From the NCBI GenBank assembly GCA_963664405.1, contig OY761158.1:4320001-4384000 (forward strand): a stretch of DNA of 64,000 nt, written 5' to 3'. Position 1 is the first letter of the stretch. Each line of letters begins with the position of its first letter. This document shows, one piece after another, positions 51,290 to 60,834 of the stretch. Made by a program: the position numbers and the translations under genes. The notes under the pieces are model-generated. The model was not told the origin of the DNA and did no database searches. It saw only the letters and a program-made list of their open reading frames with translations. Source of the stretch: Thermoanaerobaculia bacterium (GTDB taxonomy: Bacteria; Acidobacteriota; Thermoanaerobaculia; Multivoradales; Multivoraceae).

Positions 51290-52466
51290 GAGGCCGGGTC
51301 GAGGGGTCGAAGAGATCCTAGCCGACGCCGTCGGCGGGGAGCGTATCTCCGCCGCTGACGCGATCACGCTCTTGGAAGAGGGTGATCTCTTATCGCTCGG
51401 GCTTGCCGCGGACGAAGTGAGGAAGCAACACTGCGACCCGACTATTGCCAGCTACAACGTCGACCGCAACATCAACTACACCAATGTGTGCGTTTACAAG
51501 TGTCGCTTCTGCGCCTTCTATCGCGAGCCCGGAGACGCCGAAGGCTACCTCCTCCCCTTCGAAGAGATCGGGCGCAAAGTAGAGGAGACGCTGGCGCTCA
51601 ACGGTACCGGCATACTGATGCAGGGGGGTGTTCATCCCGACCTTCCTCTCAGCTACTACGAAGAGCTTCTTTCGTATCTCCGCGAGAACTACCCCGCGAT
51701 CCATCTCCATGCTTTCTCTCCGCCGGAGGTGAAGTTCATTGCCAAGAAAGAGCGGATGAGCTTCTACGACGTGATCTCTCGCCTCAAGGCTGCCGGTCTG
51801 ATGTCGATTCCCGGAGGCGGGGCAGAGGTGCTCTCCGACGACATCCGGCGCGACGTCTTGGCATATTCGAAGTGCAGCGCCGAGGAATGGATTGACGTCA
51901 TGCGCCAGGCGCATGCCAACGGTCTACGGACTTCGGCCACGATGATGTACGGGCTGGGCGAGAATCTAGCCGCGCGAGCGGAGCACTTTCAGCGCATCAG
52001 GGATCTGCAGGACGAGACCGGTGGTTTCACCGCCTTTATCTCCTGGACCTTTCAACAAGATCACACCGATCTCGAGAGTGAGCGAATCCCAGAGGTCTAT
52101 GCCGACGAGTACCTGCGAACGCTGGCGGTATCGAGACTCTTCATCGACAATGTCGATCACTTCCAGACCAGTTGGGTTACCCAGGGCAAGAAGATAGGGC
52201 AGGCGGCGCTGAACTTTGGTGCCGACGACATGGGGTCTATCATGATCGAAGAGAACGTGGTGGCGGCGGCGGGTACTTCGTACCGGATGAGCCAGGAAGA
52301 GATGGAGCATCTGATCTCCGCCGCGGGATACGAGCCTCGCCAGCGGACGAACCTCTACGAGCGGCACGTTTCTCGTCAGGATACGGCGGAGATGGCGAGT
52401 CGCTATCGCGGCTCAGTGACGGTTGAGAATCAGGATCGTGCGCCCAGTCTGCCGGTGCTGTCATGA
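51282..52466 (+). CDS. mqnC: Cyclic dehypoxanthinyl futalosine synthase (radical SAM)
   Basis: DRNINYTNVCVYKCRFCAF, MQGGVHP, PGGGAE, SWVTQG, MIEENVV. Confidence 0.93.
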   Translation: MTERPGRGVEEILADAVGGERISAADAITLLEEGDLLSLGLAADEVRKQHCDPTIASYNVDRNINYTNVCVYKCRFCAFYREPGDAEGYLLPFEEIGRKVEETLALNGTGILMQGGVHPDLPLSYYEELLSYLRENYPAIHLHAFSPPEVKFIAKKERMSFYDVISRLKAAGLMSIPGGGAEVLSDDIRRDVLAYSKCSAEEWIDVMRQAHANGLRTSATMMYGLGENLAARAEHFQRIRDLQDETGGFTAFISWTFQQDHTDLESERIPEVYADEYLRTLAVSRLFIDNVDHFQTSWVTQGKKIGQAALNFGADDMGSIMIEENVVAAAGTSYRMSQEEMEHLISAAGYEPRQRTNLYERHVSRQDTAEMASRYRGSVTVENQDRAPSLPVLS

Positions 52467-53743
52467 GCGCTTCCAAGGTGGCCATACTCCGGACGGCCCC
52501 GGAAAGTGTTTTCAGCGACTATCACGAGCTGCTGAACCTCGCCGGGTACCGTGACACGCTCGATCCGGCCGCTGACACTGCGCTGAAGATCAACATTTCT
52601 TGGCACTTCTTCTTCCCGGGCAGCTCGACAACGCCGTGGCAGCTCGAAGGAGTGATCCGGGCGATGAAGAGGGACGGCTTCGACCCGGCGCTCATTCACG
52701 GCTGCCATAACCGAACCGTGGTGATCGATGCCCATCTTGGTGAGCGAGAGAACAAGCAGCTCCAGGTTGTCGAGGCACACGACCTTCGCAATATCCACCT
52801 CTACGAGGGGGAAGAGTGGATCCACGTGCGCGAGGCGGTAGGCGACCTCGCGGACCGCTTTCTCTGTCTCAACGAGGTCTATCCGAAGGGCTTCCACATC
52901 CCGAGGCGTTTCATCGGCGAGAACATCATTCATCTGCCGACGATCAAGACCCATGTGTTCACCACCACGACCGGTGCAATGAAGAATGCCTTCGGGGGTC
53001 TTCTCAACGAGCACCGTCACTGGACCCACCCGGTCATTCACAAGACCCTGGTCGATCTTCTGATGATTCAAAAGAAGATCCACTCTGGCGTTTTCGCGGT
53101 CATGGACGGCACTTTCGCAGGCGATGGACCTGGCCCTCGGTGCATGATTCCCTACGTCAAGGACGTAATCCTGGCGAGTGCTGATCAGGTGGCGATTGAC
53201 GCGGTGGCGGCAAAGCTGATGGGGTTCGACCCGCTCAGCATCGAGTACATTCGCACCGCCCACGAGTTGGGCTTGGGTTGTGGCGATCCTTCCGAGATCG
53301 AGATCGTCGGTGATACCGATGCAGCGGCGAAATCATGGAGCTTCGTCGGGCCCTTCAAAGAGATGACCTTCGCCTCGCGCATGCAGCACAAGATCTACTG
53401 GGGGTCCTTGAAGAAGCCGATCGAGTGGTCGCTCAAGACCTTTCTCGCGCCCTGGGCGTACATGGCGAGCGTCATCTACCACGACAGCTTCTGGTACCCC
53501 TTCAAGGCGAAGCGGCAGATGGCGGATGTGCTGCGCAGCCATTGGGGTCGTCTGTTCCAGCAGTGGGAGAACCTGAAGCCCGACGAAGAAGGCTTCAAAG
53601 AGCTTGGTTCCGAAGAGGCCTCAATCACCCGCACCGGATTCAGAGCGTTCCTCACTTCTCTCGGCATCCTTTGGACATGTTTGAAGGAGTCGCCGGAGTC
53701 CTTCCTGCGTCGGCGTTATCAGGCACCCCAGAGCTCGAAGTGA
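52463..53743 (+). CDS. DUF362-like domain protein
   Basis: ALKIN, TTP, LPTIKTH...TGAMKNAFG, DG...GPGP, DQVAID. Confidence 0.8.
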   Translation: MSASKVAILRTAPESVFSDYHELLNLAGYRDTLDPAADTALKINISWHFFFPGSSTTPWQLEGVIRAMKRDGFDPALIHGCHNRTVVIDAHLGERENKQLQVVEAHDLRNIHLYEGEEWIHVREAVGDLADRFLCLNEVYPKGFHIPRRFIGENIIHLPTIKTHVFTTTTGAMKNAFGGLLNEHRHWTHPVIHKTLVDLLMIQKKIHSGVFAVMDGTFAGDGPGPRCMIPYVKDVILASADQVAIDAVAAKLMGFDPLSIEYIRTAHELGLGCGDPSEIEIVGDTDAAAKSWSFVGPFKEMTFASRMQHKIYWGSLKKPIEWSLKTFLAPWAYMASVIYHDSFWYPFKAKRQMADVLRSHWGRLFQQWENLKPDEEGFKELGSEEASITRTGFRAFLTSLGILWTCLKESPESFLRRRYQAPQSSK

Positions 53744-53750
53744 CCGCTCT

Positions 53751-53915
53751 CTAGACCAGCGTTTCCAAAGTTCGCGCACATATCTCGGGCCCTTCTGTCC
53801 GCTGACGGCGTTTCGCCTCCTCGACATATTGCCCAATATGCCTGCGTCGGCGGGCCTGGCCAGCGAACAGAATGACCTCGACCTATGTACACGAACTTTG
53901 GAAACGCTGGTCTAG
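53751..53915. repeat. Rod-like palindromic element C (165 bp)
   Basis: CTAGACCAGCGTTTCCAAAGTTCG...CGAACTTTGGAAACGCTGGTCTAG (24-bp perfect terminal IR). Confidence 0.9.
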
Positions 53916-53961
53916 TCGGCCAGGTATTGGAGCCGGAATCCGGGCACCCGGTGGTTGTACC

Positions 53962-55986
53962 GTGTCGAGCGCTCTAGCACCTGCTCTGGTTCTCGCCCTC
54001 TTCGGTCTCTGGTCTGGAACCTTTTACGGCGGAGCGGGTGGGGCCGCGCAGCTGGTCGGTGCTGCAACGCTGATCGTGTTTGCGGTGGGTTTGGGCGGAG
54101 GTGTCGCCGATCCGCTGCGACTGGGCCGGCGTGGACGCTTCCTGCCGCCGGCGCTCTGGGTAGCTACCCTGGCCAGTCTCATCGCCTCTCCGGTTCCCCG
54201 CGCCGGGACCCTGATCCTAGCGACCCTACCGCTGGTACTCCTAATTCCGGCAGCGGTGGAGCGCTGCTGGAGCGAGCCGGCTCGTCGTCGCCGTGGCCTC
54301 TTGGCTGTAGTTTTAGTCGCTGGTGGCGTCGCGGGGTTGTCTCTAGTCTGGGCGTGGGCTCTCGGTTCGGCACGCACCGCGCTTCCCTTGGGCCATCACA
54401 ACGCTCTCGCGCTTTTTTGTGTTTTTCTCTTTCCCTTCGCTCTATTGGCGTTGCGCGAGCAGGGGAGGTGGCGGTGGGTGGCCGTCTGCGTGTCGATGCT
54501 GATCGTCGTTGCCGTTGTTTCGAGTCTCTCGCTCGTGGGCAGCGCCGCGTTGGTCCTTCAACTTGCGATGCAGAGTCTGGACCCGGCGGCTCGGAAGGGT
54601 CCTGAGCCTTCTGAGAAGGACGCTTCCGGTCTCTCGAGGGGCTGGTTGCGCTGGGTCCTGCCTCTGCTCGTGGCGTGTTCGGTTGCCGGGCTGCAGTGGG
54701 CTCGTCTCACCGGTCTAGTGGTCGGTGTCGACTCTTCTCTCGCGGCACGTCGAAGCTATATCGCGGCGGGCTGGGAGGGCGTCAGTGAGCGGCTCCTGTT
54801 GGGATGGGGAGCGGGCTCGGTCCCCTGGGTCTCTGGGCTACACCTGCGTCCGCGTCCAGGCGCCAACCCGCCCGGAGAAGTCGTATCGTCTTTGCACTTT
54901 CTTCCGTTGCAGGCCGCCTACGAGCTCGGCCTCACCGGCCTTTTGCTGCTGAGCGCCATGATCGCTCTCTTTCTCTCTCGTCGGAGACGAGAACTTGCGG
55001 TAGCTGAGGATCCCGGTCTGCTGTGGGCGTCGCTGACCGCCCTGGGCCCCGGCCTCCTCGCTCTGTGTCTGGCAGGATTCCCGGTGCTACCTGCGTTACC
55101 GGTAGCGATCGCGGTGGCGGCTGGAGCCGGCCTTGCGGCACTGCCCGGTCGGCTTCGCCGGGGCCCTCGCCGATGGTCGCTTGCTGCGGCCGCGCTAGCG
55201 GTCGTGGTTGCGGCTCCGGCCGGCATCGCGACTCTCCGCTATGAGGCGGCGAGAGTCGCCCCGAGCTCCCTGGCCGATCTCGATGCGGCGCTCCGCTTCG
55301 ATCCAGGGTTTCCACTGTACCGAGCGAGGAGTGCCTGGGCACGGGCAGCGGTCGAGCCCGGCGCGACAGAGGTGGCAGAGCAGGCGATTGTCGCCGCCGA
55401 GGCTGCGCCGGGAGTGGCGGCGTTATGGCTTGCTGCCGGGCTATTGAGCTCTGACGCCGGCCTTGGAGCGCGCTCGGCGCGCGCTTTGGAACGAGCTTGC
55501 GACCTCGACCCTCTGGCGGCCCTGGCGCCCTTCTATTTGATGATGCTCAACCCCGATGGCGAGGACTCGCCGGTTCTTGGAGCGCGGGCGGTTCTCGCCG
55601 AGCCGCGTCTGGCGGCGGCGACTTGGTGGCGAGGAAGGGAGGAGCTGGCTCGGGCGGCGGCGTTACAGATCGACGGCTGGCGGGGCGTGAGTGTCGACAC
55701 TCGTCGCCGCTTGGCATCCCACCTAGCGTCGCTGCCGGTCGGAGGCGGAGCCACTCAACGCTTCTTCCTCGAGATCGACGGCGAGCCTTCTACGTCGTTG
55801 ACGCTCTTCGTCTTCCGTCGATCACCATGGCCGGTGGAGTTAGGCAATATCGAGCTCGACTCGGCGGTATTGCAGACCGTCGTCGTTGGCTCGCCTGCTT
55901 TCGATCCCAGCACTGAGGCTCTCGCCTTTCCGGTAAATGGCTGTGGTGCCCCTGCCGAGCCGTCCCCGAAGACTTCGGACCCCTGA
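53962..55986 (+). CDS. O-antigen ligase-like membrane protein with C-terminal TPR-like region
   Basis: Many TM segments, LPLGHHN, LLGWGAG, LH...QAAYELGLTG. The ORF-track start lies inside element C, so the start was moved to GTG 53962. Confidence 0.75.
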   Translation: MSSALAPALVLALFGLWSGTFYGGAGGAAQLVGAATLIVFAVGLGGGVADPLRLGRRGRFLPPALWVATLASLIASPVPRAGTLILATLPLVLLIPAAVERCWSEPARRRRGLLAVVLVAGGVAGLSLVWAWALGSARTALPLGHHNALALFCVFLFPFALLALREQGRWRWVAVCVSMLIVVAVVSSLSLVGSAALVLQLAMQSLDPAARKGPEPSEKDASGLSRGWLRWVLPLLVACSVAGLQWARLTGLVVGVDSSLAARRSYIAAGWEGVSERLLLGWGAGSVPWVSGLHLRPRPGANPPGEVVSSLHFLPLQAAYELGLTGLLLLSAMIALFLSRRRRELAVAEDPGLLWASLTALGPGLLALCLAGFPVLPALPVAIAVAAGAGLAALPGRLRRGPRRWSLAAAALAVVVAAPAGIATLRYEAARVAPSSLADLDAALRFDPGFPLYRARSAWARAAVEPGATEVAEQAIVAAEAAPGVAALWLAAGLLSSDAGLGARSARALERACDLDPLAALAPFYLMMLNPDGEDSPVLGARAVLAEPRLAAATWWRGREELARAAALQIDGWRGVSVDTRRRLASHLASLPVGGGATQRFFLEIDGEPSTSLTLFVFRRSPWPVELGNIELDSAVLQTVVVGSPAFDPSTEALAFPVNGCGAPAEPSPKTSDP

Positions 55987-56014
55987 GTGGCTCCGGGAGT
56001 ACTCTCGAACCGGC

Positions 56015-57175
56015 CTACGGCGACCGGGGCCGGGCGCCGGCAAAGGGAGCGAAGGGGCCGCGCCGACGCACCACTTCACCCGCGACCGCGGTCCGATTTC
56101 GACCGGTCTCTTTAGCGACGTACATCGCTGCATCGGCGAGGTGGAGAAGCGTACTCTTGGCGTCTTCGCGCGACTGTTCCTGAGTGAGGTGACGATGAGC
56201 CGTGGAGACTCCGACTGAGCAGGTGATGCCCCGGAGGTGGAGGGGCTCTGGCTGAATGCTGCCGACGCCGGAACAGAAGACCTCTGTCTCGATGCGAGTG
56301 CGGATCTCTTCGGCCATGTCCACCGCGGAATCGAGGTGTAGGCCCGGCAGCGTGAGCACGAACTCGTCGCCTCCATATCTGGCCGCAATCCCGACCTCGT
56401 CCGGTACGATCGAGGCCAAGAGCTTGCCTACCTCCCGCAGTACCTGACTACCTGCGAGGTGGCCGTGGGAGTCATTTACGCGCTTGAAGAAGTCGAGATC
56501 CAGAAAGAGGATGGCGAGATCGGTGCCCCGCTCCTGGACGACATCGATCTCTCTGCTCAGGGACAAGTGCAGGTAGCGGTCATTGTAGAGGTCGGTCAGA
56601 TTGTCTCGCTTGGCTAGCTCCTGCGCGTGCCGACCGTCGAGTGCGTTCTGCACTGAGATACTGATGTAGTCGGCAAAGATCTCGAGTAGATTGCGGTCGT
56701 GCTCGCTGTAGTGGCCAGCCTGCTGGCGGTTGATGAGCTCGAGAACGCCGCTGACCTCCTCACCGATGCGAATCGGAATGGCGACTACGGAAGTCGTTTG
56801 GTGGTCGATCTCGAGGTCGATACGCGGCTGAAAGAAGCGATCTTGCTCTAGATCGGAGCTGAGGTGGGTCTGGCCAGCGGTGTAAACATGACCGGCGATG
56901 CCCTCGGCAGCACCAATCTCGCGTCCGACGATGCTGTCGCCTCGCACACCGAAAGCGGCAACGAAGGTGAGGGTGTGCTGAGATCGGCGGCGGGTCTTGC
57001 TGCGGGGATCGGCGAGCAGGATGGACCCGGACTCAGAGGGAACGAACTCATTCGCCTTCTGGAGAACCTGGGTCAGGTTTTCGGCGAGGTTGAGCTCGAA
57101 ATTGGCGGAATCGTCCGGTGTGGCGAGGAAGCGCTCGAGCTCGGGCGATTCCATACAATGGAGCGAGGACTTCAT
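56015..57175 (-). CDS. GAF-GGDEF diguanylate cyclase
   Basis: DNLTDLYN, FLDLDFFKRVND, RYGGDEF, ADAAMYVAK; start uncertain. Confidence 0.92.
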   Translation of the reverse strand: MKSSLHCMESPELERFLATPDDSANFELNLAENLTQVLQKANEFVPSESGSILLADPRSKTRRRSQHTLTFVAAFGVRGDSIVGREIGAAEGIAGHVYTAGQTHLSSDLEQDRFFQPRIDLEIDHQTTSVVAIPIRIGEEVSGVLELINRQQAGHYSEHDRNLLEIFADYISISVQNALDGRHAQELAKRDNLTDLYNDRYLHLSLSREIDVVQERGTDLAILFLDLDFFKRVNDSHGHLAGSQVLREVGKLLASIVPDEVGIAARYGGDEFVLTLPGLHLDSAVDMAEEIRTRIETEVFCSGVGSIQPEPLHLRGITCSVGVSTAHRHLTQEQSREDAKSTLLHLADAAMYVAKETGRNRTAVAGEVVRRRGPFAPFAGARPRSP

Positions 57176-57289
57176 AGTGTAGCCACCTGGTCGAGCGCAA
57201 GGCCGTAAAAACCATAGCAGAAGGCTCCTTGCCGACGATAGAGGGGTAGTCTGGGTTGCCTTCCGGGTCGACTCTTTCGCTTTCGCCGC

Positions 57290-58138
57290 ATGCATTCTGA
57301 GCCACCGCTACGTAAAGCTCTCGGGCAGCATCACCTGCGCAGCGCAGAGTTGTGTCGGCCGGCTTTGGACTTTCTCGACCCGCGAGGGAGGATCGTCGTC
57401 GAGATCGGCCCTGGTGGCGGCGTCCTCACCAGCGCGCTTCTGAGCGCGGGAGCCAGAGTCTTTGCCTGGGAGCTCGACCTTGCCTGGGCCTTCGAGCTAC
57501 GGCGGCAGAGAAGGGAAGCGGCGCTCGCGGTGGTGGCAGCCGACGCGCTCGATATGCCATGGGCGCAGCTCCCCACCGGGGCTTTGGCGGCAGGTAATCT
57601 GCCCTACTCGGTGGCTAGCCCCCTGATCGAGAGTTACCTGGTACACGCGACAGGAATGCCACGGGCAGTCTTTCTCGTCCAGGCCGAGGTGGCAGAGCGT
57701 CTCGTCGCCCCTCCTGGGAGCCGCAACTATGGGCTCTTGAGCGTGATGGTCGCGGCCCATGCAGAGGCCCGTCTTCTGGCCAGGGTAAAGCCCGGTAGCT
57801 TTCGCCCTCCGCCCAGGGTTTCAGGCGCTTTCGTCGGCTTGACCCGGCGAACAGGTGTCCTGGCGCCGGATCAGATGGCGGCCTTTCGTCGGACTCTCGT
57901 TGCAGCCTTCTCTTACCGCCGAAAGACTCTTCTCAACGCCGTAGGCACCTCCTGGGGGCGAGGGGCCACCGGCGAGATCCTGGCTGATGCGGCACTCGAC
58001 CCCTCGCGCCGTGCCGAAAGTCTCTCGCTCGACGAGCTACTGAGGCTACACCGAGCCCGGACGGCGTACGGTATTGGCGGCCTTCGTGACTCGGCTGAGG
58101 CTCGGGCGCGAGGCCAAAATATCAAAAAAAGTATTTAG
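57290..58138 (+). CDS. rsmA: 16S rRNA m6,2A dimethyltransferase
   Basis: KALGQH, EIGPGGG, GNLPY, QAEVAERL, RRKTL. Confidence 0.93.
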   Translation: MHSEPPLRKALGQHHLRSAELCRPALDFLDPRGRIVVEIGPGGGVLTSALLSAGARVFAWELDLAWAFELRRQRREAALAVVAADALDMPWAQLPTGALAAGNLPYSVASPLIESYLVHATGMPRAVFLVQAEVAERLVAPPGSRNYGLLSVMVAAHAEARLLARVKPGSFRPPPRVSGAFVGLTRRTGVLAPDQMAAFRRTLVAAFSYRRKTLLNAVGTSWGRGATGEILADAALDPSRRAESLSLDELLRLHRARTAYGIGGLRDSAEARARGQNIKKSI

Positions 58139-58198
58139 AATGCTACACTTATCGGCTCATGGTCAAAATTCGATCGAAAGGGAGGCCTTACCAGCGGA

Positions 58199-60544
58199 GT
58201 GGCGGTAGCGCTTCGAGTCTGGGGGCATGAGATGAGGGCGGCAGCGGCCCGCGCCGTCAGAGAGTCCGCCGGCCTGACCGCGCCTAAAGGTCGGGAGGTT
58301 CTCGGTGTCGTCTTGGGGTTGGGCTGCTTGTTATTCAGCGCGAGTCTCCTCTCCCACTGGCCCAACGATCCCAGCCTGTTTCACTCTTCCTCCAGCAGTG
58401 GGTCGGTGAGGAACTGGATCGGACCCTTCGGTGCGAATCTTTCGGTTCTGGCGTTCGGCCTTCTTGGTTTTTCCGCCTTCCTCCTCCCAGCTACCTTCGC
58501 GGTCGCTGCATGGCGGCGGCTGCGATTCTCCGCCCCGCCGAAAGTCGTGGGTCGAGGTCTCGGTGCTGCCATAACCTTCGTCGCCCTGCCGACCTTCTTC
58601 GCCCTCGTTCTGGGTGAGACGGCCTGGCGCGGTTTCTCGATGCGGTCCGGCGGCTTGCTCGGCGGTCTCATCTCCGATGTTCTGAAGCCGGGACTCGGTG
58701 TTGTCGGCTCTTTGCTGCTTGTTTTGGGGGCGCTCATTATCGGCTCGACACTGATTGTCCAATCGAGCCTCGGTGAGTTCCTTCGCGGCTGGGGGCGCAG
58801 GCTCGAGAGCTTCTGGGAGCGGGTGGTGCTGCGGCGCACGCGGCACCGCGAGCAGAAGGACAAGGAGCAGACTCGACGGCGGCTGGTGGCCAAGCACGTT
58901 CGAGCGCGAGTCGAAGCGGTGCGGGTGAAGGAACTTCCTGGCCAGGGCCGCTTCTCGGTCCGGCGTGTCCAGGCGGAGGCGCCGGTGGTCAAGAAGAAGG
59001 CGGCGAAGACCTCGAAGAGGCGGGTGCCTCAGAAGAGTCTGGCCTTTGCAGAGGACGCGAGCGCCTCTTCGCGCGCAAGCCTCCCGCCGATCAACCTGCT
59101 CAACCAGCAGGAAACTTCGGGCGCGGTTGACGAGAAGGAGCTCGTCCGCCTTGGTGACCTCATCACCCAGCGCTGTCAGGAGTTCGGCGTTATCGGCTCT
59201 ATCGAAGGAATCACACCAGGGCCGGTTATTACCGTCTTCGAGTTTCAGCCGGCACCTGGGGTGAAGGTGAGTCAGATCGTCAACCTGCAGAACGATCTGG
59301 CGCTGGTTCTACGCGCTGAGTCGGTGCGCATCGATCGTCTAGCGGGTCGCTCCACGCTGGGGATCGAGGTGCCGAACGAGAAACGCCAGACCATCGCTCT
59401 GGGCCCGCTGCTGAACGACGATCGTTTTCGCCGTTCCCCGTCGCCCCTCACCCTCGCTCTTGGCTGCGATCTCCACGGTCAGCCCTACTACGCGGATCTC
59501 GCGACCATGCCTCACCTTCTGGTCGCGGGTGCTACCGGAGCTGGCAAGAGTGTAGGACTCCAGAGCATGATCACGTCAATTCTCTACAAGTCGCGACGTG
59601 ACGAGGTGCAGTTCATATTTATCGATCCCAAGCGGATCGAGCTTGGCGTCTATGCCGACATTCCGCACCTCAAGGCCGAAGTCGTCGTGGAGCCGAAGAA
59701 GGCCGCGAACGCTCTGCGATGGGCGGTGTCGGAAATGGAGCGTCGCTATCGACTCTTGGCCGAGGTCCATGTACGTTCTATCTCCTACTACAACAGTGCC
59801 ATTCGGGATCCAGAGATCCAGCGCCGTCTCTCCCTCCAGGACGAAGATACCGAGATCCAAGAGAGCGATCTCTCTCCTCTTCCCTACTACGTCATCGTCA
59901 TTGACGAGCTCGCCGACCTGATGATGGTGGCCTCCGCCGAGGTCGAGACCGCCATCGCTCGCCTTGCCCAGATGGCCAGGGCCGTAGGCATCCACCTCAT
60001 CGTCGCCACTCAGCGGCCCTCCGTCGACATCCTGACCGGCACGATCAAGGCTAACTTCCCCTGCCGTATCGCCTTTGCTACCGCCAGTCGACATGACTCT
60101 CGCACCATCCTCGACCAGGTCGGCTCCGAGCGGTTGCTGGGCCGCGGAGACGCACTGATGATGCCTCCCTCGAGTGCGCGTCTGATGCGTCTCCACGGTG
60201 CCTACATCAGTGAGCAGGAGACAGCTGGGTTGGTGCGATGGTTGAAGAAGCAGGGTAAGCCCGAGCTCGATCCCGATGTCATCAAAGCGCCGCCAGCGGA
60301 GGAGAGAAGTGGTTCTGAGGGTGGCGATGGAGGGGACGCGCTCTTCGACGAAGCGGCCCGGTTGGTGGTCGCCGAGGGGCAGGGATCGGCCAGCTTTCTG
60401 CAGCGCCGGATGCGTATTGGCTTTTCGCGGGCAGGGCGACTGATCGACATGATGGAGCAAGACGGGCTGCTCGGCCCCCCCAAGGGATCCAAGCCTCGCG
60501 AGGTCCTGGTCAAGCCCGATTACTTCACCGAGATCGAAGGCTAG
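58199..60544 (+). CDS. ftsK: DNA translocase FtsK
   Basis: 4TM N-domain (NWIGPFGA), AGATGAGKS, IDELADLM, ATQRPS, gamma domain; start may be ATG 58232. Confidence 0.97.
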   Translation: MAVALRVWGHEMRAAAARAVRESAGLTAPKGREVLGVVLGLGCLLFSASLLSHWPNDPSLFHSSSSSGSVRNWIGPFGANLSVLAFGLLGFSAFLLPATFAVAAWRRLRFSAPPKVVGRGLGAAITFVALPTFFALVLGETAWRGFSMRSGGLLGGLISDVLKPGLGVVGSLLLVLGALIIGSTLIVQSSLGEFLRGWGRRLESFWERVVLRRTRHREQKDKEQTRRRLVAKHVRARVEAVRVKELPGQGRFSVRRVQAEAPVVKKKAAKTSKRRVPQKSLAFAEDASASSRASLPPINLLNQQETSGAVDEKELVRLGDLITQRCQEFGVIGSIEGITPGPVITVFEFQPAPGVKVSQIVNLQNDLALVLRAESVRIDRLAGRSTLGIEVPNEKRQTIALGPLLNDDRFRRSPSPLTLALGCDLHGQPYYADLATMPHLLVAGATGAGKSVGLQSMITSILYKSRRDEVQFIFIDPKRIELGVYADIPHLKAEVVVEPKKAANALRWAVSEMERRYRLLAEVHVRSISYYNSAIRDPEIQRRLSLQDEDTEIQESDLSPLPYYVIVIDELADLMMVASAEVETAIARLAQMARAVGIHLIVATQRPSVDILTGTIKANFPCRIAFATASRHDSRTILDQVGSERLLGRGDALMMPPSSARLMRLHGAYISEQETAGLVRWLKKQGKPELDPDVIKAPPAEERSGSEGGDGGDALFDEAARLVVAEGQGSASFLQRRMRIGFSRAGRLIDMMEQDGLLGPPKGSKPREVLVKPDYFTEIEG

Positions 60545-60834
60545 TGGCCGGGCGTCCAGTCGCATCCTACGGAAGTGATCGGTATCACTTCCTCCGGATG
60601 CGGAACATGGCGCCGAGGACGGCGCATTCGGATTTCCTCCGGGCCATCCAGCCAGCCAGAGTGAAGGGTCGCTCGGCTCCAAGGAGTACGCCAGAGTACG
60701 CCTGTGTCGCCTCCCTCCTGCGCTGCGGCGATCTGGGGCACCCTGAACGCCCGGCCGGGGTTCAGTTTCGAGTGTGCCAAAGGCTGGGTGATTCCTCGAG
60801 TGCCGGTGAACGCTTCCCGAGTTAGCATGGGCGC

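Noticed and set aside
60544-60825. 93-aa ORF between ftsK and fmt, where def often lies
   Set aside because: No deformylase motifs (HExxH, EGCLS) and no protein-like composition; left unannotated.
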